Below are positions 39,534 to 48,947 of a stretch of DNA of 64,000 bases, piece after piece. Source of the stretch: an uncultured virus (IMG/VR IMGVR_UViG_3300042888_000268) (Duplodnaviria > Heunggongvirae > Uroviricota > Caudoviricetes); the IMG/VR virus record IMGVR_UViG_3300042888_000268. One strand, written 5' to 3'. The notes below the pieces were generated by a model, which was not told the origin of the DNA, searched no databases, and saw only the letters and a list, made by a program, of their open reading frames with translations. Each line of letters begins with the position of its first letter. Within the stretch, counting starts at the first letter, position 1. A program made the position numbers and the translations under genes.

Positions 39534-40136
39534 ATGTTATTTAAACAACGAGGATTTAACCACGAAGAAGAGATCTTTCATAGAGCTCTTAGCGTAAGTG
39601 ATGATGTTAAAAATATAGTAAGAGAGAAAATATTCTTCTCTTCATTTAGCAATGCATTACAAGCAATGGATTTGTTTGAAGACATAAATGACGCTCCAAG
39701 AGCATTGTCTACAGTGACAGGTGATCTAGAAAAGTGTCTACAAATGACTGATGGTCATGAAGAATATGAATATGCTTTATTGTGTTTCACTATGTATCAG
39801 AGACTTACTAAACCTACTTTAGCAGAGTATAGAATGAAAAATAGTACAGATCCTGAAGATAGAGAAGCTATGTTAAAGCATAGAATTATAGAAGCTATTA
39901 TGGAATTAAAACGTGAATCAGATAAATCTGAGTCTGAAGAAGATAATGAGTATCCTGATGAAGAAAAGGGTCCTTTTGCTGTTAATCAGACAAGAATGAT
40001 GACACGTTTAAAATATGTAAAGAAGTCTAATTATAACTTCAATACATATATGAATTTGATGAAAGGTGTTAAAACCACTAAATCAGATTTTGATATAGAA
40101 GGATTATTAGGAAACATATTAGAAGGTGATGATTAG
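39534..40136 (+). CDS. Hypothetical protein
   Basis: 200 aa, followed by the terminator GAGGGGGGCA-GCAA-TGCCTCCTTTT. Confidence 0.75.
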   Translation: MLFKQRGFNHEEEIFHRALSVSDDVKNIVREKIFFSSFSNALQAMDLFEDINDAPRALSTVTGDLEKCLQMTDGHEEYEYALLCFTMYQRLTKPTLAEYRMKNSTDPEDREAMLKHRIIEAIMELKRESDKSESEEDNEYPDEEKGPFAVNQTRMMTRLKYVKKSNYNFNTYMNLMKGVKTTKSDFDIEGLLGNILEGDD

Positions 40137-40179
40137 TAAATAAGTAAAAGAGGGGGGCAGCAATGCCTCCTTTTTTTAT

Positions 40180-40187
40180 TACATTTG
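40180..40187 (+). promoter_or_regulatory. Bacteroidota-type -7 element TACATTTG
   Basis: TAnnTTTG consensus upstream of the HTH gene; identical copy at 62066-62073. Confidence 0.55.
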
Positions 40188-40213
40188 CTCCTTTTCATTT
40201 ACAAAACACACAC

Positions 40214-40504
40214 ATGTCACAACTTATCAACTATAGATTAAAAAATGGCTTTGGACAAGTTAGTAACAATGTTATGAGAAATCCTGAAGTTTCTTTACAA
40301 GAGAAAGCAGTTTATTCTTATCTTTGTACTTATTCAGATGCCATTACTAATCAGACATATGTTGGTATAGCTAAAATGGCAGATGAATGTGGAGTGTCTC
40401 AATCAACTATTAAAAGAATATTAAATAGTCTTGAGAGTAAAAGAATAATAGTAAGAGTAACTCGTGGTAATGGATTAACATCGTTTACAAACATATTAAA
40501 ATAA
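40214..40504 (+). CDS. Winged helix-turn-helix protein (replication-initiator-like N-terminal HTH)
   Basis: Likely start MSQLINY. FGQVSNNVMRNPEVSLQEKAVYSYL..IAKMADECGVSQSTIKRILNSL. Confidence 0.8.
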   Translation: MSQLINYRLKNGFGQVSNNVMRNPEVSLQEKAVYSYLCTYSDAITNQTYVGIAKMADECGVSQSTIKRILNSLESKRIIVRVTRGNGLTSFTNILK

Positions 40505-40509
40505 AAGCT

Positions 40510-41160
40510 TTAATAGCAGTGGGCCAGGCTCAGATAAGCAGGTATTAGTACGCTATTTATATGTATAACTCCTGAGCCCCAGCTAACTTATTAATTGTAA
40601 TCACACTGAGCGTCTCCTCATTATAGCTGTGATGTATGTTGTTATTGAGTAATGACCAACAACAATTAAACTTATTAACTGATTATAGAAGACTCGTAAG
40701 ACCCTGCGGGCTAGGTCAGCTATAATGGTTAAAAATAAAGATCTGATCCTAAGTGCCTATCATTAGTTCTTGTCTCGTTCGTCAAACAGTTCCGTCATTT
40801 AGTAGTACGACATGTGTATTGAGCTCCGTCAAACGAAAAATGGTCATACCTAGTAGCATTACGTAATAGTACAAAAGTAGTCCTTGAGATAGATCTTTTT
40901 TAAAATATTACCAAGTTAAAGTCAGTGGCAATAAAACCGGCCACGTGAACTGTCCTCTTAGTATTGCACTGTAGAGAGCCACAAAAAACCGGATACTTGG
41001 GAGCAGTTGGTGAAATTCTACGTCTGGAAGCTACTTATATATATCCGAGTAGTGAAGCAGAATAAACAGTCAGGTAAAACATTCCAGGTCTGAACCGTAA
41101 AAGTAATCAACGACTGAGAAGTGGTGGAGTTTTTAATAGATCTCCACTGCTTCTTTTTTA
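40510..41160 (+). ncRNA. Cluster of candidate structured ncRNAs upstream of tmRNA
   Basis: About 650 nt without an ORF; successive closed stem domains and a final terminator. Confidence 0.5.
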
Positions 41161-41164
41161 TAAT

Positions 41165-41578
41165 GGGGCCGTATTGGTTTTGACAGATATGAGGAAGGTA
41201 GTATCACATGTAAGCCTTGGAACAGGTAAACAAGTTCTAAACAATAACCGTAAAGAGTCAATCTGAGCGTGTTGCAGAAGGTGAAGCTATCTTAGCTTCT
41301 ATCTTTGCTTCTGAGTATGCATTAGCAGCTTAGGCAACTGGGTGGTAACAACCTGGAAACAGAAAGTTACAAGCGTTTTCTCTGTTATGTCAAAACAGAG
41401 TGGTGGATGGTAAGCAGGACCTGCGTACCCCAATCTACTGATCAGGAGTGTCCAGGACTCTGTAGAAATACAATGTAATTGCTCTGGAAAAATGTACATG
41501 AACAGCTCTAGATCTAAGCATGTAAGAATGGTATTATTGTCACGTATTTGGACAGGGGTTCAACTCCCCTCGGCTCCA
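41165..41578 (+). ncRNA. ssrA: tmRNA
   Basis: 5' GGGGCCG..TTTGACAG; 3' T arm AGGGGTTCAACTCCCCT plus CGGCTCC-A with G3-U70. Tag frame 41250-41333 ends YALAA-stop. Confidence 0.93.
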
Positions 41579-41596
41579 CACATTAAAAACAACATT

Positions 41597-41818
41597 ATGA
41601 TAGGAAGTAAATATCCTTATTTTAAACAAAAAAACAGCCATATGCAAGATGTAGTATTCAAAGTGTATCAAGTATTTTATACTAAACCTGCTAAGAAAAG
41701 AAGAAAAGCATTAAGTATTATGCTTAAATGGTGCTTTAAAGAATACATTAAGACTTTTAAAAAGGAAGAAATTCCATTAAATGTAATGACAAATGAGATC
41801 GTTAAGCTTGATGATTAA
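41597..41818 (+). CDS. Hypothetical basic protein
   Basis: Start MIGSKYPY after the tmRNA 3' end. Confidence 0.6.
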   Translation: MIGSKYPYFKQKNSHMQDVVFKVYQVFYTKPAKKRRKALSIMLKWCFKEYIKTFKKEEIPLNVMTNEIVKLDD

Positions 41819-41923
41819 ATACTTTATGCTATTTACTATAGCATATATAGCCTTGTGGATACTGGCCATATTACAATTAATAAATGAAGCTTTTGTTTCT
41901 TTAATAAATAAATTAAAAAATCT

Positions 41924-42142
41924 ATGGACCAAGAACTAGACCCAATTAATCATGGGCACTATATAGAGTTGATAGACAGAGTACATGTAATGGCTTCTAA
42001 CATAGAAGATCATTTAATTAATCACCGCTTAACAGCTGATGTAGCAGAATTAAAAGATCATTTTGAGAAAGCTCAAGAGTCTCTTATGAATGCATACCAA
42101 CTAATAGGTAATATAATGCCAGATAATGACAGAGTATACTAA
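41924..42142 (+). CDS. Hypothetical protein
   Basis: 72-aa helical ORF in operon. Confidence 0.7.
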   Translation: MDQELDPINHGHYIELIDRVHVMASNIEDHLINHRLTADVAELKDHFEKAQESLMNAYQLIGNIMPDNDRVY

Positions 42143-42689
42143 ACTACCCATACCTAAAGATACGGCATGGGATACAGCAAGATTTAAATGGGGTAGATAT
42201 ATCCATTGGAGTATTAGATACTTCTTTCAAGGAGTATGGAATATAATACGATGGATGCCAACTATCTATCATGATAGAGATTGGGATGACTATTACATTA
42301 CTAAGATGCTACAAAAGAAGCTTGAGTTTCATAGAGCTCACTTAGTATCAGAGAATAGACATGTGAATATAGATAGAGATAACTACTGGATGACAGTGGT
42401 ACTTAATCTTTTAGAACGTAAACATATGGAATACTATCAAATGGAACGCTATGACTATATGGTACATGGCCCAGAACTATTTGATGATTTAATATCAGAC
42501 ACTCTTGATGAGTATATAGCTAAATATGGTAGTGCTAAACGTGCAGCTATTAAAAAGTATGCTAAAAATAATCCACGTCTTAATGATAAGGAATCTATAT
42601 CATTTTATATGTGTACTATACGTCAACAGAAAGCTGATGATCTAATATTTGAGATTCTTAAAAGACATTCTGCCGAATGGTGGGATTAA
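42126..42689 (+). CDS. Hypothetical phage protein
   Basis: 187 aa. NIIRWMPTIYHDRDWD...WWD. Confidence 0.75.
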   Translation: MTEYTKLPIPKDTAWDTARFKWGRYIHWSIRYFFQGVWNIIRWMPTIYHDRDWDDYYITKMLQKKLEFHRAHLVSENRHVNIDRDNYWMTVVLNLLERKHMEYYQMERYDYMVHGPELFDDLISDTLDEYIAKYGSAKRAAIKKYAKNNPRLNDKESISFYMCTIRQQKADDLIFEILKRHSAEWWD

Positions 42690-42700
42690 ATTTATAAATT

Positions 42701-43252
42701 ATGACAGAAGAACAATATATAGAGCTAAAAGATAAATACCTTACAAATATTAAAAGGTATATGATACAAGAAGGAGGACTATTCTCTCACATCAGCGTAT
42801 TTGCTGAAAAGTTAGGATATGATGAAGATGATGATCAAGAAACTAAAAATGCTATCATTCATATTCCTCTACCTACAAAAATTGCTAACTCAGATGAAGG
42901 TAAAGAGTACTTTGTTACTAAAATGATACCTGATATAGCTAGTTCATTAAAAGAAGGTTTTACAACAACAGGTGTAGCCTGGGCTTCCGAAGCTTGGTTA
43001 AGATCTTCTCATATAGATGATAAACAACCAGAGAACTGGAAAGATATGCCTATAAAAAAAGAGGTGTTAATGGTATCTATGGAGTCTGCATTTGGTAATG
43101 AAACCAGTGTCTACGAGATAGTTCGTAATGGAATGAAGGTTACCGAGGAAGGGTTATCTGACACAATTGAATTAATTAAAGATGAAGAGCTTAGTGGTGA
43201 AAACCTGAATTTTGAGGGTAGATTCACTGGGCTTTATAAAAAATTTATATAA
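42701..43252 (+). CDS. Hypothetical protein
   Basis: 183 aa with SEAW motif. Confidence 0.75.
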   Translation: MTEEQYIELKDKYLTNIKRYMIQEGGLFSHISVFAEKLGYDEDDDQETKNAIIHIPLPTKIANSDEGKEYFVTKMIPDIASSLKEGFTTTGVAWASEAWLRSSHIDDKQPENWKDMPIKKEVLMVSMESAFGNETSVYEIVRNGMKVTEEGLSDTIELIKDEELSGENLNFEGRFTGLYKKFI

Positions 43253-43416
43253 TGATTAAATGGATCAAAGACTTATTTAAATCAACAAGAGTTAAAGAAC
43301 TTGAACAACATATCGTTGTTTTAGAAAGAGAACTCTTAAAAAGGCAGGAAGATATTAATAAAACCAATGCTTATTGGAAAAGAAAGATGCATAACCTAAA
43401 AAAGAGAGAGGATTAA
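43252..43416 (+). CDS. Small coiled-coil protein (54 aa)
   Basis: Read manually; TAATG-coupled; MIKWIKDLFKSTRVKELEQ... Confidence 0.6.
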   Translation: MIKWIKDLFKSTRVKELEQHIVVLERELLKRQEDINKTNAYWKRKMHNLKKRED

Positions 43417-43508
43417 TAGATTATAGCTCTATTATCCAACCTATTAGTAATCAAGTGATTGTAAATTGAGCTTTAGTAAGTAGTTTTATAGCAAATAATA
43501 CTATAACT

Positions 43509-43766
43509 ATGATTTATCAATTACCAAACGGAAAGGTAATAGAGATAAGTACAGAACAATATTTTGAGATGTCCGATGAAGAGTTTGAATATTTAGTAGC
43601 TTATAACTATGGTGAGATTGTTGAAAATCCATGGTTTGGCTCAGTGATAAGTAAAGCAGATAATTCTAAAGAAGATGTTACAGAGACTGTTCCTGACTTA
43701 ACAGATATCCCCTTATCAGAAAAACTTGTTAATCCTGATCTTGATATGCAAAGAGAAGAAGAATAG
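43509..43766 (+). CDS. Acidic hypothetical protein
   Basis: 85 aa, followed by the terminator TCCCCTAG..CTAGGGGA plus T-run. Confidence 0.75.
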   Translation: MIYQLPNGKVIEISTEQYFEMSDEEFEYLVAYNYGEIVENPWFGSVISKADNSKEDVTETVPDLTDIPLSEKLVNPDLDMQREEE

Positions 43767-43843
43767 AACAATTTTAATTATTACACACGTCCCCTAGGTT
43801 TATAATCTAGGGGATTTTTTTTATTTTAAAAACAATACACAAA

Positions 43844-44305
43844 ATGGACAAAGTTAAAGTGACAGCAGACAAAAACGGTAACATCGTAACAGTATCAGAA
43901 TCTAATCCAGAATACGGATATATCCGTGTTGAGCAAAACGCTATGGAAGTAAGTACTAATAACTGGTTAAGAGTTGTAAGACGTTCCACCTTAGTTAAAG
44001 GAAAAGTATCAGACTTGTTAGAAGCAGGTTTTAAAAGCAATCAAGAATTGCCTGGTAAGATAATTATAATGGAATCTTTAGAACCATTTAATCCTGAGAA
44101 TCCAGACCGTGATTTAAAAATTGCTGGTAAGACAGGTGTTATATGTAGAATAGATGATCAGCCTATTTATAGACAATCTATTTATACAACAAATTTAGAC
44201 GCTAATGATCAATTAGTTGCTCATACAAATGCTATTGAAATCAGAGAAGTTCAAGCAGCTCAAAATGCTGCTGAACTATTAAATACAGCTGATGCAAAGT
44301 TATAA
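43844..44305 (+). CDS. Conserved hypothetical protein, possible ssDNA-binding protein
   Basis: 153 aa, beta-rich, flanked by terminators. The function is a guess. Confidence 0.5.
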   Translation: MDKVKVTADKNGNIVTVSESNPEYGYIRVEQNAMEVSTNNWLRVVRRSTLVKGKVSDLLEAGFKSNQELPGKIIIMESLEPFNPENPDRDLKIAGKTGVICRIDDQPIYRQSIYTTNLDANDQLVAHTNAIEIREVQAAQNAAELLNTADAKL

Positions 44306-44387
44306 ATAACTTAATTATACATAGATAAAGGCTCAGGTAATCTGGGCCTTTTTTCTTATATTTACTAATCACATAATACATCATAAC

Positions 44388-44906
44388 ATGTACAATCCTC
44401 ACAAAACCGTATCTGCTAACTCTAGAGGAATTATTGTTTCTTTCAGAGATATCAACAAACATAAGTTTATGGCTTATGACAACCAGTACGTAAATGACCT
44501 TCAACTAAAAGGTAGATCAAGATACCAGCAAATTGAACCACCAGTGTTCAACTTTAAGCAACAACAGATTTATTCTGAAGTTGTGTATGGTCTTAACATA
44601 TTTACTAAAGAAGATTTACAAAAAATGCCGGCTACTAAAAAGTCAGCAATCCTTAATCATTTTAATAAGGTGCAAAGGTTTTTAAATGCATGGAAACAAG
44701 AGATAGTTAGTATCAAAGTTGATTCTTTTCTATTAAAACTATTTCCACGATCATCTGTTATAAAGCATATGGTTGAAATTAAAGGGTCAGACGACACTTT
44801 AAAAGATAAACATTCATTTAAAGAACTTGGCATTAGTAAAAAGATGATAGCTAACAAGCTAATAGAAGCTAAATTATTACCAAAAGAATTTTTTAAACTC
44901 ACGTAA
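44388..44906 (+). CDS. Hypothetical protein
   Basis: 172-aa ORF. Confidence 0.75.
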   Translation: MYNPHKTVSANSRGIIVSFRDINKHKFMAYDNQYVNDLQLKGRSRYQQIEPPVFNFKQQQIYSEVVYGLNIFTKEDLQKMPATKKSAILNHFNKVQRFLNAWKQEIVSIKVDSFLLKLFPRSSVIKHMVEIKGSDDTLKDKHSFKELGISKKMIANKLIEAKLLPKEFFKLT

Positions 44907-44910
44907 ACTT

Positions 44911-45120
44911 ATGCAAAATATATTTGTAACAGAAAATGATGTCCAACTTGTATTAGTGCCTGAAAATGAATTAGATAGACTATTAATTAATAAACTATTA
45001 GACAATGGTCCAGTAGAAATTATTAGAGTTAGTCAACCTATAGGCGTTATGGGGCAATCTATACAAGATGGTGTTATTATTAAAAGAAAAGTAATGTTAG
45101 ATGATTCAAGCAAAGCTTAA
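44911..45120 (+). CDS. Hypothetical protein
   Basis: 69-aa ORF in operon. Confidence 0.7.
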   Translation: MQNIFVTENDVQLVLVPENELDRLLINKLLDNGPVEIIRVSQPIGVMGQSIQDGVIIKRKVMLDDSSKA

Positions 45121-45508
45121 AACATGTGCAGGTTGTAATGAGCCTAAACACATTTGGAAATCAGATGGCAAAGATAAATACTGTAAGGAGTGCTGGTATA
45201 AAGTCCAGCCTCCAAAAGGTATGCCTAAACAAACCAAAAAACCTAATCCCATTAGTGTAAAGATGAAACAAACAGTAGATGAGTATTCTAAACTTAGAAA
45301 CTTATTTATGATAGCTAATCCCAGTTGTAAAGCTGGATTAGTAGGCTGTACAATAATTGCTACAGATGTTCATCATAAAGCAGGACGTGGAGAAAATCAT
45401 TTAAAAGTCAGCACTTGGCTTCCAGTGTGCAGATCATGCCACCGTTGGATTGAGGAAAATCCAAATGAAGCTAAAGAACTTGGCTATTCAGAAAATCGTT
45501 TAAATTAA
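45101..45508 (+). CDS. HNH-like nuclease with Zn ribbon (NinG-like)
   Basis: CAGC..CKEC, then C..C..DVHHKAGR..VCRSCH. Confidence 0.75.
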   Translation: MIQAKLKTCAGCNEPKHIWKSDGKDKYCKECWYKVQPPKGMPKQTKKPNPISVKMKQTVDEYSKLRNLFMIANPSCKAGLVGCTIIATDVHHKAGRGENHLKVSTWLPVCRSCHRWIEENPNEAKELGYSENRLN

Positions 45509-45513
45509 ATTTT

Positions 45514-45732
45514 ATGCAAAATTGCCCAAAATGTTCACAAGAAGGTAAATATCTAACAAGCCCTTTTCAAGTAGTTGGTAAAACTTATTACAAAATTGAC
45601 AAAGATACTTTTTTGTGTTATAGACACTGGTATCAATCAAAAAAACGTAAATATCAGATTTCAGGAGACTATTATTCTATTATAAGAGAAATAAACAAAC
45701 CTGAATATTTACAAGAGAACTATCTAAAATAA
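45514..45732 (+). CDS. Small Zn-finger-like protein
   Basis: CPKC..CYRH. Confidence 0.6.
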   Translation: MQNCPKCSQEGKYLTSPFQVVGKTYYKIDKDTFLCYRHWYQSKKRKYQISGDYYSIIREINKPEYLQENYLK

Positions 45733-45789
45733 AACTAGTTTATGGAAAAAACATGGGATGAAATTGAAGAATTAAAAAACAAATAACTT

Positions 45790-46134
45790 ATGGACTCAAA
45801 AGAATATCTTATTAATGAGTTTTCAGATAAAATTAGTATGAGACTTTTTAATCAATTACATGCTTTAATGAAAGAGTATCCTACTAAAGAAGATATTCAT
45901 AAAATAACTGCAGAAGTATTATTAAAACATAAAGGTATTGGTAAAGTGGCAGTTAATGAGTTTTATAAGGTAGTTTTAAATAAAAAACCACCTTTTAACT
46001 TAACACCAAATAAGATACTAGATGAGAATAAAGTATATTCTGCAATAAAAGCTGCTATTATTCGTTGGGTAGTTGATCATAATAAAACAGCAGGTTGTTT
46101 AACAAGAGAAATTATGTTAATAATCAAACAATAA
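45790..46134 (+). CDS. Hypothetical protein (RNAP alpha-CTD/HhH-like motif)
   Basis: ISMRLFNQL..LLKHKGIGKVAVNE resembles the alpha-CTD pattern LSxRxxNxL..LLKxxNxGxKSxxE. Confidence 0.5.
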   Translation: MDSKEYLINEFSDKISMRLFNQLHALMKEYPTKEDIHKITAEVLLKHKGIGKVAVNEFYKVVLNKKPPFNLTPNKILDENKVYSAIKAAIIRWVVDHNKTAGCLTREIMLIIKQ

Positions 46135-46137
46135 AAC

Positions 46138-46419
46138 ATGGAAAAGACATGGGATGAAATTAGAGACTCTTACAGAATGGCAGCAGTTCATTTTGCTAAC
46201 AGATACAACGAGCAAGTATCTGAACACATCATTGATGTTATGATATCAGCAATGATGACTAAAGACAGCGTTTTACATGGCGGAAGCTTTGTACAAGCAG
46301 TAATTAACAACGATCTAAAGGATGCAATCAGTAGAGCTGATACAGAATGCCTTAAGCATTTAAGAATCATCACACTATGTGCAAACTTTTGTAACGTACA
46401 ATATGAAATGAACCACTAA
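46138..46419 (+). CDS. Hypothetical protein
   Basis: 93 aa, GGSFVQAVINNDL..AISRAD. Confidence 0.7.
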   Translation: MEKTWDEIRDSYRMAAVHFANRYNEQVSEHIIDVMISAMMTKDSVLHGGSFVQAVINNDLKDAISRADTECLKHLRIITLCANFCNVQYEMNH

Positions 46420-47522
46420 TGAGTAAAAGAGAAATTATTCAACAGGAAGCCTTAGATATGGCTATTAAACACAAACGTTGTGGTCTTGGTATATCTATGG
46501 GTGTTGGTAAAACTCTTATAGGATTAAAATACATAGATCATTTCAGAAAAGATAATAAGCTTAGGGTGCTAGTAGTAGCCCCTAAACTTTCTATATTTGA
46601 ATCATGGAAAGATGATGGAACTAAATTTGATATAAATGTAGATGATTTAGAATTTACTACATACTTATCACTTAATAAGTTTAACCCTAACAACTATGAT
46701 TTAGTAGTGCTAGATGAGTGTCATAGTTTACTAGACTCTCATGAAATTTTTCTAGCTAACTACACTGGTAAAATATTAGGCCTTACAGGCACGCCTCCTA
46801 GATATACAAAATCAGAGAAGGGTCAGATGGTCTTTAAATATTGCCCAATAAATTATAAATACATCACTGATGATGCTGTAGACGATGATATTCTTAATGA
46901 CTATAGAATTATAGTACATAAGATGCCAATTGATACAAAATTAAATATGTCTGTTAAAGCAAAAGTTGGTACTTTTTACACTTCTGAAAAGAAGAGTTAT
47001 GAGTACTGGACCAAAAGAATACTAGATTCTCAATCTAAAAAGCAGGAGCAAATAGCTTCTGTAATGAGAATGAGGGCTCTAATGGATTTTCGTACTAAAG
47101 AAAAATACAGTAAAAACTTATTGGATAGTATGGAAGATAAGTGTTTAGTATTTTGTAACACACAAGAACAAGCAGATAGAATCTGTACTTACTCTTATCA
47201 TTCTAATAACCCCGACTCTGAAGATAACCTACAAGAATTTAAAGATGGTAACATCTCTGAATTGTCATGTGTAATGCAGCTTAATGAAGGTGTAAATATA
47301 CCTAATCTTAGAGCTGGAATAATTATGCATGCTTACGGTAATGAGCGTAAAGCTAATCAGCGTATTGGTAGACTCTTAAGACTTAACCCTGATGATACAG
47401 CGTATATACATATACTATGTTATTCAGGTACAGTGGACGAGCGTTGGGTGGCAGAAGCACTTAGAGATTTAGATCCTAGAAAAATTAAATACTTTGACGT
47501 AAACCTAGAAGATTATGAGTAA
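46419..47522 (+). CDS. Superfamily 2 helicase
   Basis: MGVGKT, VLDECH, GLTGTP, EGVNIP, QRIGR motifs. Confidence 0.9.
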   Translation: MSKREIIQQEALDMAIKHKRCGLGISMGVGKTLIGLKYIDHFRKDNKLRVLVVAPKLSIFESWKDDGTKFDINVDDLEFTTYLSLNKFNPNNYDLVVLDECHSLLDSHEIFLANYTGKILGLTGTPPRYTKSEKGQMVFKYCPINYKYITDDAVDDDILNDYRIIVHKMPIDTKLNMSVKAKVGTFYTSEKKSYEYWTKRILDSQSKKQEQIASVMRMRALMDFRTKEKYSKNLLDSMEDKCLVFCNTQEQADRICTYSYHSNNPDSEDNLQEFKDGNISELSCVMQLNEGVNIPNLRAGIIMHAYGNERKANQRIGRLLRLNPDDTAYIHILCYSGTVDERWVAEALRDLDPRKIKYFDVNLEDYE

Positions 47523-47910
47523 TCACTTAACAGGAAAATTTATAAAGAAAGGAGCAAGACTAGACTTTAGTAGTTTAGCGTCATCAAAACAGTTTGAATT
47601 ATTTGTATCAAGTGTACCTGAACATAGCATAGTGGAGTTTTTCTACGAAGTTACTCATGATGATGGTACGCTTCCTCAGCTAGCCAAGTTACATGTAATG
47701 CTAAAACAATTAGCAACACATATTGGTGAGACTGTAGAGAATATGAAACTATTAGTAAAAGATAGAGCGGGTCTATGCATAGCCAGAGAAGTTGCAGGTA
47801 AAGAATACTTCTTAGCAAAAAGCTTTGCAGAATGTTCTAAAGATGAACTATCCCTTGCTATACAAGCAGCAATAGAAATTAGCCACGAGGTAAACCATCC
47901 TCTAGTGTAG
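47515..47910 (+). CDS. NinB/Orf-like recombination protein
   Basis: TLPQLAKLHVMLKQLA..G..MK..KSFAECSKDELS pattern. Confidence 0.55.
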   Translation: MSNHLTGKFIKKGARLDFSSLASSKQFELFVSSVPEHSIVEFFYEVTHDDGTLPQLAKLHVMLKQLATHIGETVENMKLLVKDRAGLCIAREVAGKEYFLAKSFAECSKDELSLAIQAAIEISHEVNHPLV

Positions 47911-48178
47911 GAGCTTCTAGTTCTTCTTGAACAGTTAATCCTTTACTATGAGCTACCACTTCTAAGTGTCTTACAAAAAAAGATAAGAATGCAAAGTGTT
48001 CAATCCATTCTTCAGGATATTGATTCTTTAGAATAAGATCTTGAGCCTTAGTAATTTCTTCTTCAGTTTTACCTTCTATAACATATAGAAGTAGCTTTTG
48101 TAAGTTAATTAAAGTGTTACCTCCCACCTCAATAGGAAATGTAGTATCTCTTTTAATTGCTGTATAAGTATTAGCCAT
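47879..48178 (-). CDS. Hypothetical protein (counter-oriented)
   Basis: 99 aa filling the gap; TATTTTTG on the minus strand at 48196-48203 upstream. Confidence 0.7.
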   Translation of the reverse strand: MANTYTAIKRDTTFPIEVGGNTLINLQKLLLYVIEGKTEEEITKAQDLILKNQYPEEWIEHFAFLSFFVRHLEVVAHSKGLTVQEELEAPTLEDGLPRG

Positions 48179-48212
48179 AGGTATATTTATTTATACAAAA
48201 ATAATCAAATTT

Positions 48213-48929
48213 ATGTTACAAACTGTGGATCTTGCAGATATAAAATGCAAATTAATAGAAAAATTAAAACCATCAGGTTGGTCAAGTAAGCTTAAAGGCT
48301 TTGTACAATCCTCTGATTTTGATAAGATTTTACAGAATTTATATGATTTAAGAGAGGCAGGTAAAAGATTTACTCCTCCTCTTAAACAAGTTTTTAGAGC
48401 ATTTGAAGAATGCCCCGTAGACAAACTACGTGTAATTATAATAGGACAAGATCCTTATCCTCAGCTAGGTGTAGCAGACGGGTTAGCTTTCTCATGTGGT
48501 AGCACAGAAAAACCTCAACCAAGTCTACGAAACATGTTTGAGGCCATAGAACAGACAGTATATCAAGAATTTCCTACTTATCAAGATCCAAATCTTACAA
48601 GATGGGCTAATCAAGGGGTGTTATTAATAAATAAAGCACTCACTTGTGAAGTTGATAAGGTGGGCTCTCACTATGATGTATGGAATGAGTTTTTAATGTA
48701 TGTATTAGATATACTAAACTTTACAGACAGCGGTTTAATCTTTGTATTACTAGGTAAACCAGCACAAGAGCTAGAAAGTTTAATAGGACCTAATCACTAT
48801 ATTATTAAAGCTAGTCACCCTGCATCAGCAGCCTATACTAAAACAGTATGGGATTGCAAAGATCTTTTCAATGAGGTTAATGAGATTATTACAAAATGTA
48901 ATGGTCCACAATTCACAATCAGTTGGTAA
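48213..48929 (+). CDS. ung: Uracil-DNA glycosylase family 1
   Basis: GQDPY, GLAFS, PSLRN, WANQGVLLIN, SHPAS. Confidence 0.95.
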   Translation: MLQTVDLADIKCKLIEKLKPSGWSSKLKGFVQSSDFDKILQNLYDLREAGKRFTPPLKQVFRAFEECPVDKLRVIIIGQDPYPQLGVADGLAFSCGSTEKPQPSLRNMFEAIEQTVYQEFPTYQDPNLTRWANQGVLLINKALTCEVDKVGSHYDVWNEFLMYVLDILNFTDSGLIFVLLGKPAQELESLIGPNHYIIKASHPASAAYTKTVWDCKDLFNEVNEIITKCNGPQFTISW

Positions 48930-48947
48930 TCAACTAAAAACAATTTT

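Noticed and set aside
27220..41578. Prophage att site at the tRNA or tmRNA
   Set aside because: No duplicated 3' end, no integrase and no host genes; both RNAs sit inside phage operons.
41492..41596. N-terminal extension of ORF 41492-41818
   Set aside because: It lies within the tmRNA 3' domain; the ATG at 41597 has a proper A-rich leader.
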